NCBI RefSeq assembly: GCF_963676685.1
Contig: NC_092344.1
Span: 48,732,001-48,796,000 of the forward strand
DNA from: Mytilus edulis
Lineage: Eukaryota
Length of the DNA: 64,000 bases
Direction: 5' to 3'
Below are positions 38,101 to 51,284 of the stretch, piece after piece. The translations under genes were made by a program, and so were the position numbers. Each line of letters starts with the position of its first letter. Within the stretch, counting starts at the first letter, position 1. Under the pieces are notes generated by a model. It was not told the DNA's origin and ran no database searches. It saw nothing but the letters and a program-made list of their open reading frames with translations.

Positions 38101-41100
38101 ACGACCTGCAATAGCTAATTATGAGTATTGGTAGCTGCTTAACGTACAGCGGCAAATATTTTTTGCACATTTATGACATCCAAATGTTATTTTAATGAAA
38201 CTTAAAGAAATGAGAAAACGTATGAACCCGTAATTAATGAGAAAAAATTAACAAAATCTATGGCGCGTAGGGTAGCCGAATCTGGTCTGGTGTTGAAATC
38301 CATACACAAAAGTCATTACTACGGCGTGTTGTACAGCTGTGCAATATTTTTCATGACGAGAACAGTTATTTTCATTTATTGATAATGAATTCGAAGTAAA
38401 TAATACTATCTTGAATTCTTTTCTTGTTTAGCATTGGCAGCCTCCAAATTTTACGGAGAATTGTCATTGTAAGGCCAAATTTAACATACTATCAATGAAA
38501 TAACAAAACCGACTGCATGCGCGAGACCCTCATTGGTGGACAAGGTCGTATAACACCTCTATTCGCAAATAGAATAATAAGTAAAGAGAGTGTCTCATCC
38601 TATTCTGGACTTAAAATTGGTACATAAAAAAGCCGATTTTAATTGATATTTTAAAAACATATAATATTATATGTGTATGAAGAAAAACTGTCAATAAAAA
38701 TCCGTTAAAAAGATTTCAAAAAATATATTGGTGTCGTTTTTGGTTTGAATTTAAGCAAAATATTACCAATAGATGCAGCATTGTCACACGTTAGTTTGTT
38801 TAATTGGTTGTACATGTATTCTTTTTGTATATGAAACTGGATGTAATAGACCAAAACAAGAAAACGCCTTGTACATGTATTCTTATTTGTATAAGCATGT
38901 CCCTATTGTACATTTTGTACTTCAATGTATTGAGAGATAAAAATTGAAGTATCGGCAAATGTACACTAACTGCAGACAGACAGATCAGAAAGTGTACACA
39001 CGTTAAAACTCGTCGTATAGTTAGACGATCAGACAGACGAACAAAGTGTTTTCAATATAGCTCTTCTTCTAGACAAACAAGTATGCAAATATTCATACGT
39101 ATACGCCGTAAAAAAATGTTATGTAACTTATCTATTGATAAAGACATCATTCAATATCATTCTCTTATACCGGCTGCAGTACTTCCTATGAAATATTATA
39201 TTACAACTTCATTTTCGGTCGATTGATGCAATAATGGCATGAGTTAAATTGCACAAAACAGCTCTTATTATAAAACAAGAAGTACTGCTCATAATTTAAA
39301 TTTGAAAGATAATTATCTTTTGAGTGTAAAAAAAAATAAAATCAAAGTACGTCGGGACCTTTTAAAGTTGACGATACGGTATCGGTTTTGTCATTGTTGA
39401 CGGTTATATGGTATGATCGCCTCACTTAATTTATAGTTGGTTCACATTTTGTCATGTCAATAATGTTGTCTATCATCCTACAGTACATCAAGCAATTTAG
39501 AACTAATGTCGGACGGAGATGTACCTTTATACTTCTAGCAGATCTACATCTGACAAAGCAATCTGCTAGAATCCTTCATTTATATTAAGTATCAACGCTC
39601 TGAAAAACACCTGCATAAACTTGACAGCAAACTCGTGTACGGTGGGAATGATTACACGACGTTGTTGCGATTAAAACTTAATTTAACGTAATTTAGCGCC
39701 ATACTGACAGACGTCGTAAAAAATAAAGATGTATGGCTTTTATTGAAAAAACAAGCACATGGACCCCAATTGTTTTCTTTTGCAATCAATCAAGTACTGT
39801 TTCAAGAACACTCCACCAAAATTTCAGGAAAAAAACAACGATCAAATTTTTTCTGCACTTCCGAAAAGACGCAAAAGTATGGTCAATTCTTTATTTCGGA
39901 TATAGCAATCTAAATCCGGAACATGATGATTTGGTTTAACCTTAAACTTGTTTCAGTACATTTGTATGTTGATGTCATGGATCAAGGGAATATTTTACAA
40001 AAACCCGGTTAAGTTAATATGACTTTTCGTTCAAAAGTATTGTTACTTTCTTTAAAAGTCATAATTTATTAAATTTCAGGGATTTTCTTCCAAATATGCA
40101 AATTTCGAACCAAATTATCTCTAAAAGTAGGTCATGAAGGTACTTTTTTCTTTGCATATTTAAAAAGTACACATTGAAATTGACCTTCTATCAAAATTTT
40201 AAGAAAAAATCAACGAGGGATCTCTACTGTATCGTATGCCCTTAAAGCATAAAGACAAGAGGAGTACCATGCGCTTACAGCGGAGCTCTTTATTTATTTA
40301 TTTGAAAAGTCTTTTCAAAAGAGGGACGAAAGATACCAAAGGGACAGTAAAACTCATAAATCTAAAATAAACTGACAACGCCATGGCTAAAAATGAAGAA
40401 AACAAACAAACAAACAAACAAACAAACAATAGTACACATGGCACAACATAGAAAACTAAAGAATAAACAACACGAACCCCACCAAAAACTAGGGTTGATC
40501 TCAGGTGCTTCGAACGGGTAAGCAGATCCTACTTCACATGTGGCTACCGTCGTGTTGCCAATGTGATAACAAATCCGGTAAATAGTCTAATTCGGTAGGT
40601 CACATTCATGAAAGGGAAGGGGATTGTAGTTACGACGTAAGGAACATATCTGATATCATTTGCGAAACGATTCAACTGTTTTTATAATATGCTTTTTATC
40701 ACTGTTCAATGTTAAGGGGATGGTTGTGCACATAAAACGAGTTTAATCACTAAGAGTCCTATATATGCGCCGTAAAACTAATTTTTCTCGAATGAATTGA
40801 ATTGTTTTTAAATTTTTCTTTTTGGATCTCTTATAGATTGTTGTGCGGTAATGGTTTTCATCAATGTTGAAGACTGTACTATGAATTATACTTGTTCACT
40901 TCATCATCATTTAATGTCTGGTGGAAAAAATTGTTTCTCTCGCAATCATACCACATCTTTTTTTTGTGAAATTATGAATAAAACAAAGTTTATCACTAGT
41001 ATTCGTCAGTTTAGTTACAGAGCATTCCATTCACGAATTGAGTAAATGAATAAATGGAGAGCGCAGCGTTATTTATTTTCATGTGCCATACATGCTATAC

Positions 41101-44100
41101 ATGTATGAATTTTTATAAATGTACATGTATCAATTGGTGATGTTTTTTGTACTTGCTACCTGGGAAACTAAGAAAAAATAAGATAGCACAGTTTCTTCGG
41201 TATTGATTATGTTTATTGATTACGTTACGACCAATAACAATAATAACAACAGTTGAAATTACTGAACAATAAGTGATATATATTTCACGATTATTAAAAA
41301 ATGTATTCTGACACGATGAAAGCAGGAAACGTACGGTATCAACAATTCAAGACAAGAACCAGTTGCTCATTTTGATCAGTAGGAAAGGTAGAGAAACAAG
41401 GAGCATGTTTTATGCCCAAGTCACACTAGACCACTATTGCACATCCCGTAGGTGAGGTCCCGGTACGAGCAGGATGAAAGTTTGGATTTTCATTGTTTTC
41501 ACGATGCTACTACGATCCCGCTACGGGTCACGTTCTCATCACGCCTATTCTGAGTCTTCAATACGATAATCACGATTTATTACGTTAATCACGTTTTCAT
41601 AACGACAATACATGCACGATTTATTCGATTGCAACACGATCTTAACACACCTTTTCTGCGATTATAGACCGCTCTTACATCGACCGGTCTAAGTCCTTTC
41701 CACTTTCAAAACGTAATCTGACTACGCTCTCGTCATTATCATCAACATCATATTGCATATACATACTGTTTATAAATACTGTTCCCTTTAATTCTTCTAA
41801 TTGTCATTTAAAATACGTAGAATTCTCGCAAACAACACAGACATACCACCAAAATATACCAGAACTAGTGGGCGTGATGGTAGAGATAGAGATAGAATCA
41901 GAGGAGCCTCTGATACGAATTCTGATCCAGTAGACATATATGCATGTCAGATCAACCAATCCAACCTGAGTCACAACGCGATGCTGATCCATCGAGATCA
42001 AATGACGATATGTTATTGAACAATAGAGGAAATGATATAGATGTGTCAAACATGGTTGTGCTTATCAAACCTTGACCAACGTTAAGTTTTTGATATTTGG
42101 TCTTTTTTTCTAACACTATATGCAATATGTAATCTTTGTTTGGTGTATGGAAATATTTAATGATGTGCATGTCAGTCTGACAGGTTTTATTTGGCCTTGA
42201 CCTCATTTTCACTGTTCATTGCACAGTATTCAGTTTTTTAGTTTTGTTCTGATTTTCTTAAACTATATGAAATAGGTTAACTTTACTTGCTGTATGGAAT
42301 TGTAAGTTGTACACTTCTGCCTGCCATGGTTCAGATACTTGACCTTAGTTTCGTGGTTCATGTGTTTAGTTTTCTCGGTTAAGTCTGTTTCTTAGAAACT
42401 ATTAGCATGGGTCATTTATACTTAGTGATTTATTGTAAGGTGTACATGTATTTCTTGTTTTGTTTATATGACCTTGTCCTAATTTTCTTTGACCATGTTA
42501 AGTTTATGTGATAGTTGTAGTAAAGCTTTATATTTAGGACTATCAACATAGAGGGTGGGCAGGACCTTTTTCAGGACGTCAGGATCGGGTGGTTTTAAGC
42601 TTGTGATTTCGGGATTAACCCTTTCGGGACCCGGGATTTTTTTTTTCATTCAGGACCTCGGGATTTCATGTTTTTAAGTCCAGGATTTTGGATCAACATA
42701 ATATCAATGATTAGTAAAGAAGGCGAGACATTTCAGCGTGTGCACTCTTTTCGTAATTTGAGAAATTTTAAATAATTTGAACATTTATCGAAATTGCCTC
42801 TTTGTTAATACTATTATATTTTTTGTAGCTCGTCCGCTCCCCTTTTATATTCGTTATGTAAACAGAAAGTCACAACTGTTCTGTTGTTTTACAGGGATCA
42901 CGAAACTTTTATGCTGATCCATATCAGGCTGATAATTCTGAGCATACAATCCATCTTGATCAAAATGAATTATGCAAGTAGCCCCAGAAGTGGGATATAG
43001 AGAGGGCTGCTATTGAGGTTACAAAAAGGGATGGTCGGATATAGGATTATTAAAATGTGGGTAATGAAATCAAGGGGACACCAAAGGTGGGATCTGGAGA
43101 ACAAACAAAAAAGATGAATTTAGGAAAAGGCGCACACCGAGTCACTCCAACCTCATTCACGTGAATGAAATGAAATCCCATCTGTAATGTCAGAATAAGA
43201 TTTTAGTGTTGTTTACTTTTTTTTAGGGAGAGGACGGGCGGGCATCATAGGAAGATCTCCCATCTCTGACTCAAAATATGGATAATTTTATGTCAAGGGT
43301 TTTATGATTCTCCCTGACAGCTTCAGACATAATAATTTTGTATCTTCTATTTTTTTAAATAGACAATCCAATTGAGAAATAATGAATGGAAATGGGGAAT
43401 GTGTCAAAGAGATAATAACCCGACCATATATATAGAACAGACAACAGCAGAAGGTCACCAATAGGTTTTTAATGCAGCGAGAAACTGCCGCACCCAGAGG
43501 CGTCCTTCAGCTTGACCCTAAACAAATATATATATACATGTACTAGTTCAGTGATAATGGACGCCATACTAAACAAATTAAAAACTAAAAACCTAATTTA
43601 AAAATAATACAAGACTAACAGAGGCCAGAGGCTCCTGACTTGGAACAGGCGCAAAATAAGTGGGGTTAAACATGTTTATGAGATTTCAACCCTCCCCTGA
43701 TACCTCTGACCAATGTAGATAAGTAAACGCATAACCATACACCCAGTAAAATTCTGTCTAAAAGAAGTCCGAGTCCGATGTCAGAAGAGGTAAAAAAGAA
43801 AATAAACAAAATGATAATAACACATAAATAACAACAGACTACTAGAAGTTACTGACATGTCTGTTGAACAGGTTTTTTTTTTGTCTTCTATAATGTTCCT
43901 TGTTGTCGTTAGTTGATGTGATTCATAAGTGTTTCTCGTTCTGTATTTAGATTATATCGTTGTTTTTCCCGCTTGAATCGTTTTAAACTAGTCATTTTGG
44001 GAACAATTTATAGCTTATTGTTTTATGTGAACCATGACTCTGTGTTGAAGACCGTACTTTGACCTATAAAGGTTTTTATTTTAAAAATTGTGACTTAGAA

Positions 44101-45549
44101 GGCAAAGTGTCTCATTGGCACTCATACCACATCTTCTTATATCTAGAGAAATGTAAACTAACTTCACATTTGAAGTTAATTTTTAGCTAAAATGCCACCG
44201 CACATTCATTCCAAATAAAAGAAAATCTGTCTCAAAATGAACAAACTTTAAGTAATCAGCAATATCAGTCTTGACAACATCAAACATATTTTGACTATAA
44301 ATTGACACAAAATGTACCAAATAAACCATACTATAAAAATAAAAGACCACAGGAACAATTATACACCTACATTTTCAAAACTTGTCTCCAAAAGACAGTC
44401 GTATCTAATTCCACCGAGCACTGACTCAAATGTCTGCTTCATTCCTGATTAGTTTTCCCAAAATAATGTATTTCAGTAAAAAACAGAAAAATCGCTGTAA
44501 AATTCAACATCAACCTCGCGGGACCAACACTTAGCATTAGTAATTCTGATTGAGATTCGGAGATGTAAACCACAGCTTGTTCTAGTTGTAAACAGAGACG
44601 ACGGATGCCAAATGTTAAAGCACTATTGGTATTAAAATAGCTAAGTAATACTAACCCCCCAAAAAAAAACAGTGAACAAATTATTTAATTCATTTTATCT
44701 ACTTAAGAAAGGGAGCATTCAATGACTTCCAAAATGAGCTGTATTTAGAAGGAAAATGGCATATTAATCAACCTTATACAGAGAGACTGGGAACAGAACA
44801 GCTTTCCTAGGTGTTGTTTTTATCTTTACATATTTTCTAGGTTGTCAACGAGGGTATCACCAAATCCGTAGCAATTGTATGAAAGTACGAAATCTTATTT
44901 TACAATATTTTTCATTTACTATTTATTGATGAATAGCTCTCAGCTTTGGTGAAGCTATTCTGTCGTTGAGGGTTTTATAGGGCATATTGTAATTCCTTTC
45001 CGCTATGCTAAATCCTTTAATGGCAATCACTGAACCGTGTTGTTACGAGCAGGGTTTTATATGCCTTGATATGTGCGTGTCCGTATTGCTCAGATGTTAT
45101 CTTAAATGTATATTAACTTTTTAAAGAAGTTTACAAATGTTTTGCAACGGTGCAAATACTAAACTTTGGAGTAAAAATAAATATCTCTATCAATGAATTA
45201 AACAAACCAATATCCATTTGATTTAACAGATATAACGAGAATATGTAGTTAACCTGAATGTGAATAACAAAATAGGGAAATATAAAGTTAAGGGTTTTAA
45301 GCAAGGGAAATAACAATAATTTTTTGCATAATAATCCTACGACACATCACAAAATTTTGCTGGTGCGTTGTTGTTCTCCTATCTTTTCGGGGTAAGGTAA
45401 AAAATGTGTATACACGGGTTCACACATACACATATGTGTATTATATTTAAAGCATAAAAACAAAACTTTGATTAAACAAATTGAAAATCCTCAACACAAA
45501 AAAAAAACATTTTCATTTTTGAGAAAAAAAAATTAAAGATGAAAATGCA

Positions 45550-45810
45550 ACATTTTTCATTTTTCAATATTTCAAAGCAAATTGAAAAATGCTCCACATT
45601 GGAGCATTTTTCATTTTTCAATTTTTAAAGGCAAATTGAAAAATGCTCCACGTTGGAGCATTTTCCATTTTTTGATTTTTGAAGGTAAATTGAAAAATGC
45701 TCCACGTTGGAGCATTTTTCATTTTTCAATTTTTAAAGGCAAATTGAAAAATGCTCCACGTTTTAGCATTTTTCATTTTTCAATATTTGATGGCAAATTG
45801 AAAAATGCTT
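45550..45810. repeat. Array of 54-bp palindromic tandem repeats in the right TIR
   Basis: About 4.5 units of GGCAAATTGAAAAATGCTCCACGTTGGAGCATTTTTCATTTTTCAATTTTTAAA. Confidence 0.9.
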
Positions 45811-47166
45811 AAGGTTAGCAATTTCAATATTTTGTCTTTAAGAAGGAGATTGAAATTTGTTTCTTTTCTAAAACAATCAAATTCAAATGTTTTAATTAAT
45901 TCAAACTGTTGATAAGATGAAATCTTTTTAAGACAAACTTATCATTACTTTTAATATTATCCTCGTGAAATTAAATAATGTAATCTCATGAAAATAACAA
46001 ATTTCAATTCTCATAACGAAAATGATTTTTCAGAAGTGACTTCAACAGATGTTTGTTACATTTATCAAACCAATTAATTTTAAAATTTGTAGGGTATTTT
46101 CAAAATCTATTTGTTCAGCTTAAAATGAAAAATGTTTGGCGTAAATATACACGGTCTGAGTACGTATCGTATTTATAGACAGACAAATTTAGAATATATT
46201 GTAAAAATGAGTAATTAAAAATATTTATGTATTTTTTTTCAAGTCATCTTATCTTTAGATAACCCAATTTCTACTTAATTGAAGCCAATAAAAAATATAT
46301 AACTGTATATCAAACAACATAAGTAATACAGATTTTATTCTTCTAACTATATATCCCTCTTAAGTTTAAAACGATTCTCTGATACTAAGAATATAATTGA
46401 ACGATTTTTTTTATCTTTATAATTATCTAAATCGGTATGTACATGTATTAAATAAAACTTCGTTATTCAAAAACGTACCATCAAACGCTACTTCTAGGAT
46501 CAGTCTAGTCAGTTCTAAATGGGATATATTTTTCTTTAAATTTGGGCAAGGTTTTCCATGATTTTGGGAACAAAATTTGAGGTAAAAATAGGGGGACACC
46601 GACTTCGTTTTGTCACTATAGCAATCTCAATTTCGTGTTTTATGAAAAAATCTCGCCCTTCATTTCGGTAGACCTACGTCTCAGAATCTTCTACCTACTG
46701 AATAAAAGATAATTTCTTCTTGGCCTGAAAAAAGAATTAAACTTTTGCCACTGGCTGACAAACAAAAAACAACCAATCATATTGAAATAAACAGCATAGC
46801 ATATAAATGATGATTGTTTCCTGTATACGATACAGTTGTCTATTGTATAAATAAATTCTGTTTGATAAAAGGATTTGTCTCTCTTTGATCAGTTTATAGG
46901 TCAATAAAAAAGTGGTGCAAAAAATATTTCTGATTTTGGATTTTCTGGATTTACATTAATCAGGGATGTTCACTCAAAACTTAACATTGTTAGAGCGGTG
47001 ATGAATGAGAACAATCGGGAACCTTTAGATATCAGTATTTTATTTCTGTAAACGAATGAATGTTTTGTTTGGTTTGCATTCGAATTGGTCCATGCATGGA
47101 GTCAATATACGTGATTTATTAATTTGTAGTATCTTTAATAATATTGCGATCATGTTTTTTATAAAG

Positions 47167-47421
47167 GATGTCGTTATGAACACAGTGATTGGAGTGAGTG
47201 CGATCAAGCAACAAATACAGTAACCCGAAATTTTACTTTGAGTGAAGGCGAACAGGGTTGTGAACAATCACACACTATCACCATAACTTGTGACAAACTA
47301 AATAGAATACAGGCATGGAAAGCAAAGAAAAGGGACCGTAAACAGAAAAGAATAGACGAAAAATTGCAAATGAAGCAAGAGAGAAAAGAGAAAAGAAAGC
47401 TTGAAAAAGAACAGAGACTAA
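47167..47421 (+). CDS. Pleiotrophin/midkine-like protein, copy 2, exon 3 (domain 2 plus basic tail)
   Basis: CRYEHSDWSECDQATNTVTRNFTLSEGEQGCEQSHTITITC; open frame of 255 nt; GTATGT donor. Confidence 0.85.
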
Positions 47422-47750
47422 GTATGTATTGATTTTTAAATTTAATTTACTACTGTTGTTTATTCGGTATTATCTATCTATGATGGTATACAACCAGCTT
47501 TTTTATCAAACAAATAATTAAAGTTAAAATGTACTTGGAAATGTCATATTCGGTCAGGAGCGTACCAGATTAAATTAATTTGATGAGCGCATGGAAAGTA
47601 CACCCTTTTTGCCAGTTTTACTTGTTTTTTTATATTTGTTGTTTGTTTTTTTAACACAAATATATACTATTATGCTCAAACATTGATATTCAAACTTCTT
47701 TGTAAAATATGTTAATTCTTTGTATTTATTCTCATCACAATTTATTTCAG

Positions 47751-48017
47751 AATGCAAATATGACAAGGAAGACTGGAGTGAATGTGATAACACAACAAAC
47801 ACAGTAACCCGAGTTATGACATTAAGGGATGGAGAAGAAGAAGAATGCGAACCAATAATAAATGTCATCATTTCATGTTCAAAGTTTGAGCGTATTCAAC
47901 AGTGGAAAGCAAGAAAAATGGAGCGCAAGAACGAAAAGAAGGAGAATAAAATGTTTATTAGAGAACAGAAAAATATGTGGAAAGAAAATAAAAAGATAGT
48001 GAAGGAACAGCGTAGAC
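47751..48017 (+). CDS. Pleiotrophin/midkine-like protein, copy 2, exon 4 (domain 3 plus basic tail)
   Basis: TTTCAG acceptor, CKYDKEDWSECDNTTNTVTRVMTLRDGEEEECEPIINVIISC, GTAAGT donor; 267 nt. Confidence 0.85.
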
Positions 48018-48642
48018 GTAAGTAAATAAATGAAACGAACCAAACAATTAAACAACAACATAACAAAATTATAATTACAAAAAGGTGAAACTTTCAGTAA
48101 CAATTAAGATCTCGTAAACAAAAACATTAACGGATTCCTGGATTACAAAATACACATGCTAATGATTGAAAGGTTAATTTTATAGACTGTACAATGAAAT
48201 CAATGCAATTTAGCGAACAAGATACGTCTACAGATCAAAAACAGTCTTTTACAGTGGAAAGATGTCTATACAATATGTCAAGCTCTTAATCACCTCCTTG
48301 TTTACAATATGATGTTTTAGTCATGTCTGGTTATTCGTTCAAGTAAATAGAATACTTTTTAATTTAAAAAAAAGTATTTTGAAATCAACCTTGCTTGCTT
48401 AAAGGGTATCCCATTTAATTGATTAACCGTGTTGTTATAATTCACGAACAAAAACTTCTCATACCGAATTTAAAAGATTTCAGAATAATTCTTAATCAAC
48501 AACACTTTCTCTTATTTTTTGGTTTCCGTTGCATACACGGATCGACTCTACATATTCAAAGACAGGGCTTAAAGAACTGCCTGTGTATATTTTTATATTA
48601 TATTTTATGAATATAGGTTTATATTGACATGTTTATTTTCAG

Positions 48643-48872
48643 TCGGATGCAATTTTGATGTAACCTTTAGTGAATGTGATCCTACAACCAACATGGTTAC
48701 AAAATCGTACATACCAACAACAGATGATGATGATTCATGTGAAAACAGGTCATTTGAATATTCATGTGATTTGCATGAAAGATTAATGGAAAAGAAGAGA
48801 AAACGTCAAGACAAAAGAGTCAACAGAAAAATAAATAGGAAGGAATTTAGACAGCAGAGGCTTCTTATCTAA
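48643..48872 (+). CDS. Pleiotrophin/midkine-like protein, copy 2, exon 5 (divergent domain 4, basic tail, stop)
   Basis: CNFDVTFSECDPTTNMVTKSYIPTTDDDDSCENRSFEYSC...TAA. AATAAA at 49117-49122. Spliced CDS is 1101 nt (366 aa). Confidence 0.85.
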
Positions 48873-50628
48873 ACCAAAGACTTTAGAACAATGATCAAGA
48901 AGAAATCCACTTTTCATCATGTACAATGTATTAAGACTGAGAAAAAAGTTAGTTCAACCCTGCGTCAAATTGTTTTCTATACATATGAAAGTGACAGAGA
49001 ACATGTGACTTGGTAGTTTGGTGGTTTACTAATATCAATTGTGAAAATAGGCTGATATTGAAATCTAGATAATTTGCAATCTAAATATAATACATTTTTT
49101 AAACTAAACTTCTTTTAATAAATATTGTACAAGTCTTCTTTGACTGTTATTTTTCTATCGCAGTCTTTGGAATCATACGCAATACTTGTGTTGCTGAAGT
49201 CTTGTATTAGAAGTTGATGATGGGATTTCCGGATCTTGTTTTATGGTAGGCTTTTTATTTTTGTTAAATCGACCATCGATATATACATAAGTCCTTTCTA
49301 CCTTGAACTCGCACATAATTCGAAATAAGATACTTTAAAAGATGATACAATTTTAATGAATCAACAATTGCATGATATTATTGAAAACAACGAGTGCCTA
49401 CCAGATCTCCTAGATTATATACTTATATAACAGCTGCTACAAATATTATAAAATCAATAAATAAGAAAATTGAAAAAGAAATGTATTATTTATCATAACT
49501 TTCATATTCTTTTCACATATTTTCTTGTAAAAGATACCAATAGATATTTTCTACTTTTGTAACCCAAAGGTTTAATATAAGTTAAAAGACCAAAACAAAA
49601 TACCTCATGGACCACTAACACAAATGTGGATCATATATCTGATATTACACAACATATTTTCACGGTCTATGATGTTTCGGTTTTGTTTTGTTTCCTTGTA
49701 TTATTTCTTCTAAATCGCTTTATGAGATTTAAACATTTAAACTACTGTTGCTAAAATTATTTTTTTAGATACTAGTATGATAGACTGGTCTGTTATGTTA
49801 CAACTTCCTGATAATGACTATACACTGAATGTGGATTCGCATTACGGGTGATACATGCAGGCCCGGAAACACTTGCGCACCCGGTTTTAGTTCATGCGGT
49901 TCCCTCATTTTTTTGTGTGTTTACCTTCATTTGTATCTTTTTGTTTGGTTTATAAGATTTGAACACCGGTTAACAACTGTGGCCTCGAAATGATCTCTAA
50001 GCAGTAACATCATTGATGTTAAGAAATTTGCTTCTTTCCAAAAGATTTTACCTAAGTCGCTTCCTAGAGGCAAGATTAGTTTTATTTAACTAATAGACAT
50101 AGAGAGAAAAATCCATGCTGAAGCGATTACCTGGATCAACCTTCAACGCCCAAAACCGAATATAGTATGAAAAGCCAAGGATGTATAAGAAACGAAACAT
50201 TTGAAGAGCAATATGAACAGAATGGTCATAAACAATAGCCAAATCCATCTAAAGCTTAATGAGGGAGTTGAAACCTTTATAATTTCTTAATCTATTAACG
50301 GACAATTTAAGAAAGATTTGCTTTAAATCATGTCAGTGCCGAAGTTCTGACTTCCTAGCTGATGATACTCTTGGGACTTATAGTCTACCAGCAGCGGTAG
50401 AGACATTCCGAATATTGTGTCCGTATCAGCAGGCCAAAGACTATTCTTCTACAAATTTGTTCAAGAGGCATGTAAAGTAAGGTCAGAGTGAATAGATTAC
50501 TCGGTCAATCAGAAATTAAATTCAAACAAAACTCTGTCTGCGAAACATCACACATCAATGTCTAACATTTTTGGTTTACTTGTTATAGCGATTAACAATA
50601 ATATTCCTAATTTTTAATCGGTTTTTAA

Positions 50629-51284
50629 CAGGCATTAGTTACGCGAAATAGAAAAGAAATTAAAACGATATTTTTTTCAATCATCAATGAAAGTATAATA
50701 GTGAAATAATATATCGCTTTTAACGACCAGGTTGTTTCAATTTTGTCAAAATAAGCTAAGTTACATCGATGATGAATTATTCAGTTGCAAGTGAATAATT
50801 CGACCTCATTGAATCCGGATTCATATGACCTGCATTTCACCCTTTAGCTAGAGCTGAAATACGCATTAATTAGGTGTGTTCAGTTATTAAAAGGAAAATA
50901 ATGTCAACATTCAAAGTGAAACAAGGGTAAACCATTTGATTGACTGATTCGATTCACAAAAACTCATTCTTATACAGGTAAAAACAATGATAAATATATG
51001 TTTAGACCAAGAAATCCTATTGCACGAGTTCGCTTTCTATTTATATCTATATTTTTGTTTAAATCTGGTTATATGACCGTCATCGGTCTTCGGAGGTCAC
51101 CGCGATAGTTAATAAGATAGCGTCTAGACTAAAATACACACGAAATGCCGATGCATATTATCGAGCCTATGCATTTAAATTGTTTAATTTAGACTTGTTA
51201 TAATTTAGATATACGTGTGTTACAAAATCAAATATGCGAATCAGAGTCAAATCGATGAAAATGAATTTGACAGATTATGCCCTT
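50629..51284. mobile_element. Decayed copy of the TTAA-target element at 25651-26334
   Basis: Colinear similarity (for example CACTTGCAAGTGAAT/CAGTTGCAAGTGAAT, GACTAAAATACACACGAAA, ATGAATTTGACAG) and TTAA on both sides. Confidence 0.6.

Larger units (their letters stand above)
34706..46158. mobile_element. 11.45-kb foldback-type DNA transposon in intron 2
   Basis: Imperfect TIRs of about 600 bp start C(C/A)G(T/A)CCGTGTA(C/T)ATTTACGCCAAACATTTTTCATTTTAA. 4-bp TSD AGTA at 34702-34705 and 46159-46162. Empty site with a single AGTA at 7292-7295 in copy 1. Confidence 0.9.

Noticed and set aside
41801-42019. ORF with an RD/RG-rich stretch
   Set aside because: Short and low-complexity, inside the transposon interior; no domain can be supported.
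45550-45810. CRISPR-like array of palindromic repeats
   Set aside because: The intervening sequences are near-identical and not unique spacers. There are no cas genes, the context is eukaryotic, and the array is mirrored in the opposite TIR.
45582-45812. 76-aa repetitive ORF (KLKNAPRWSIFHF)n
   Set aside because: It is only the translation of a 54-bp tandem repeat.
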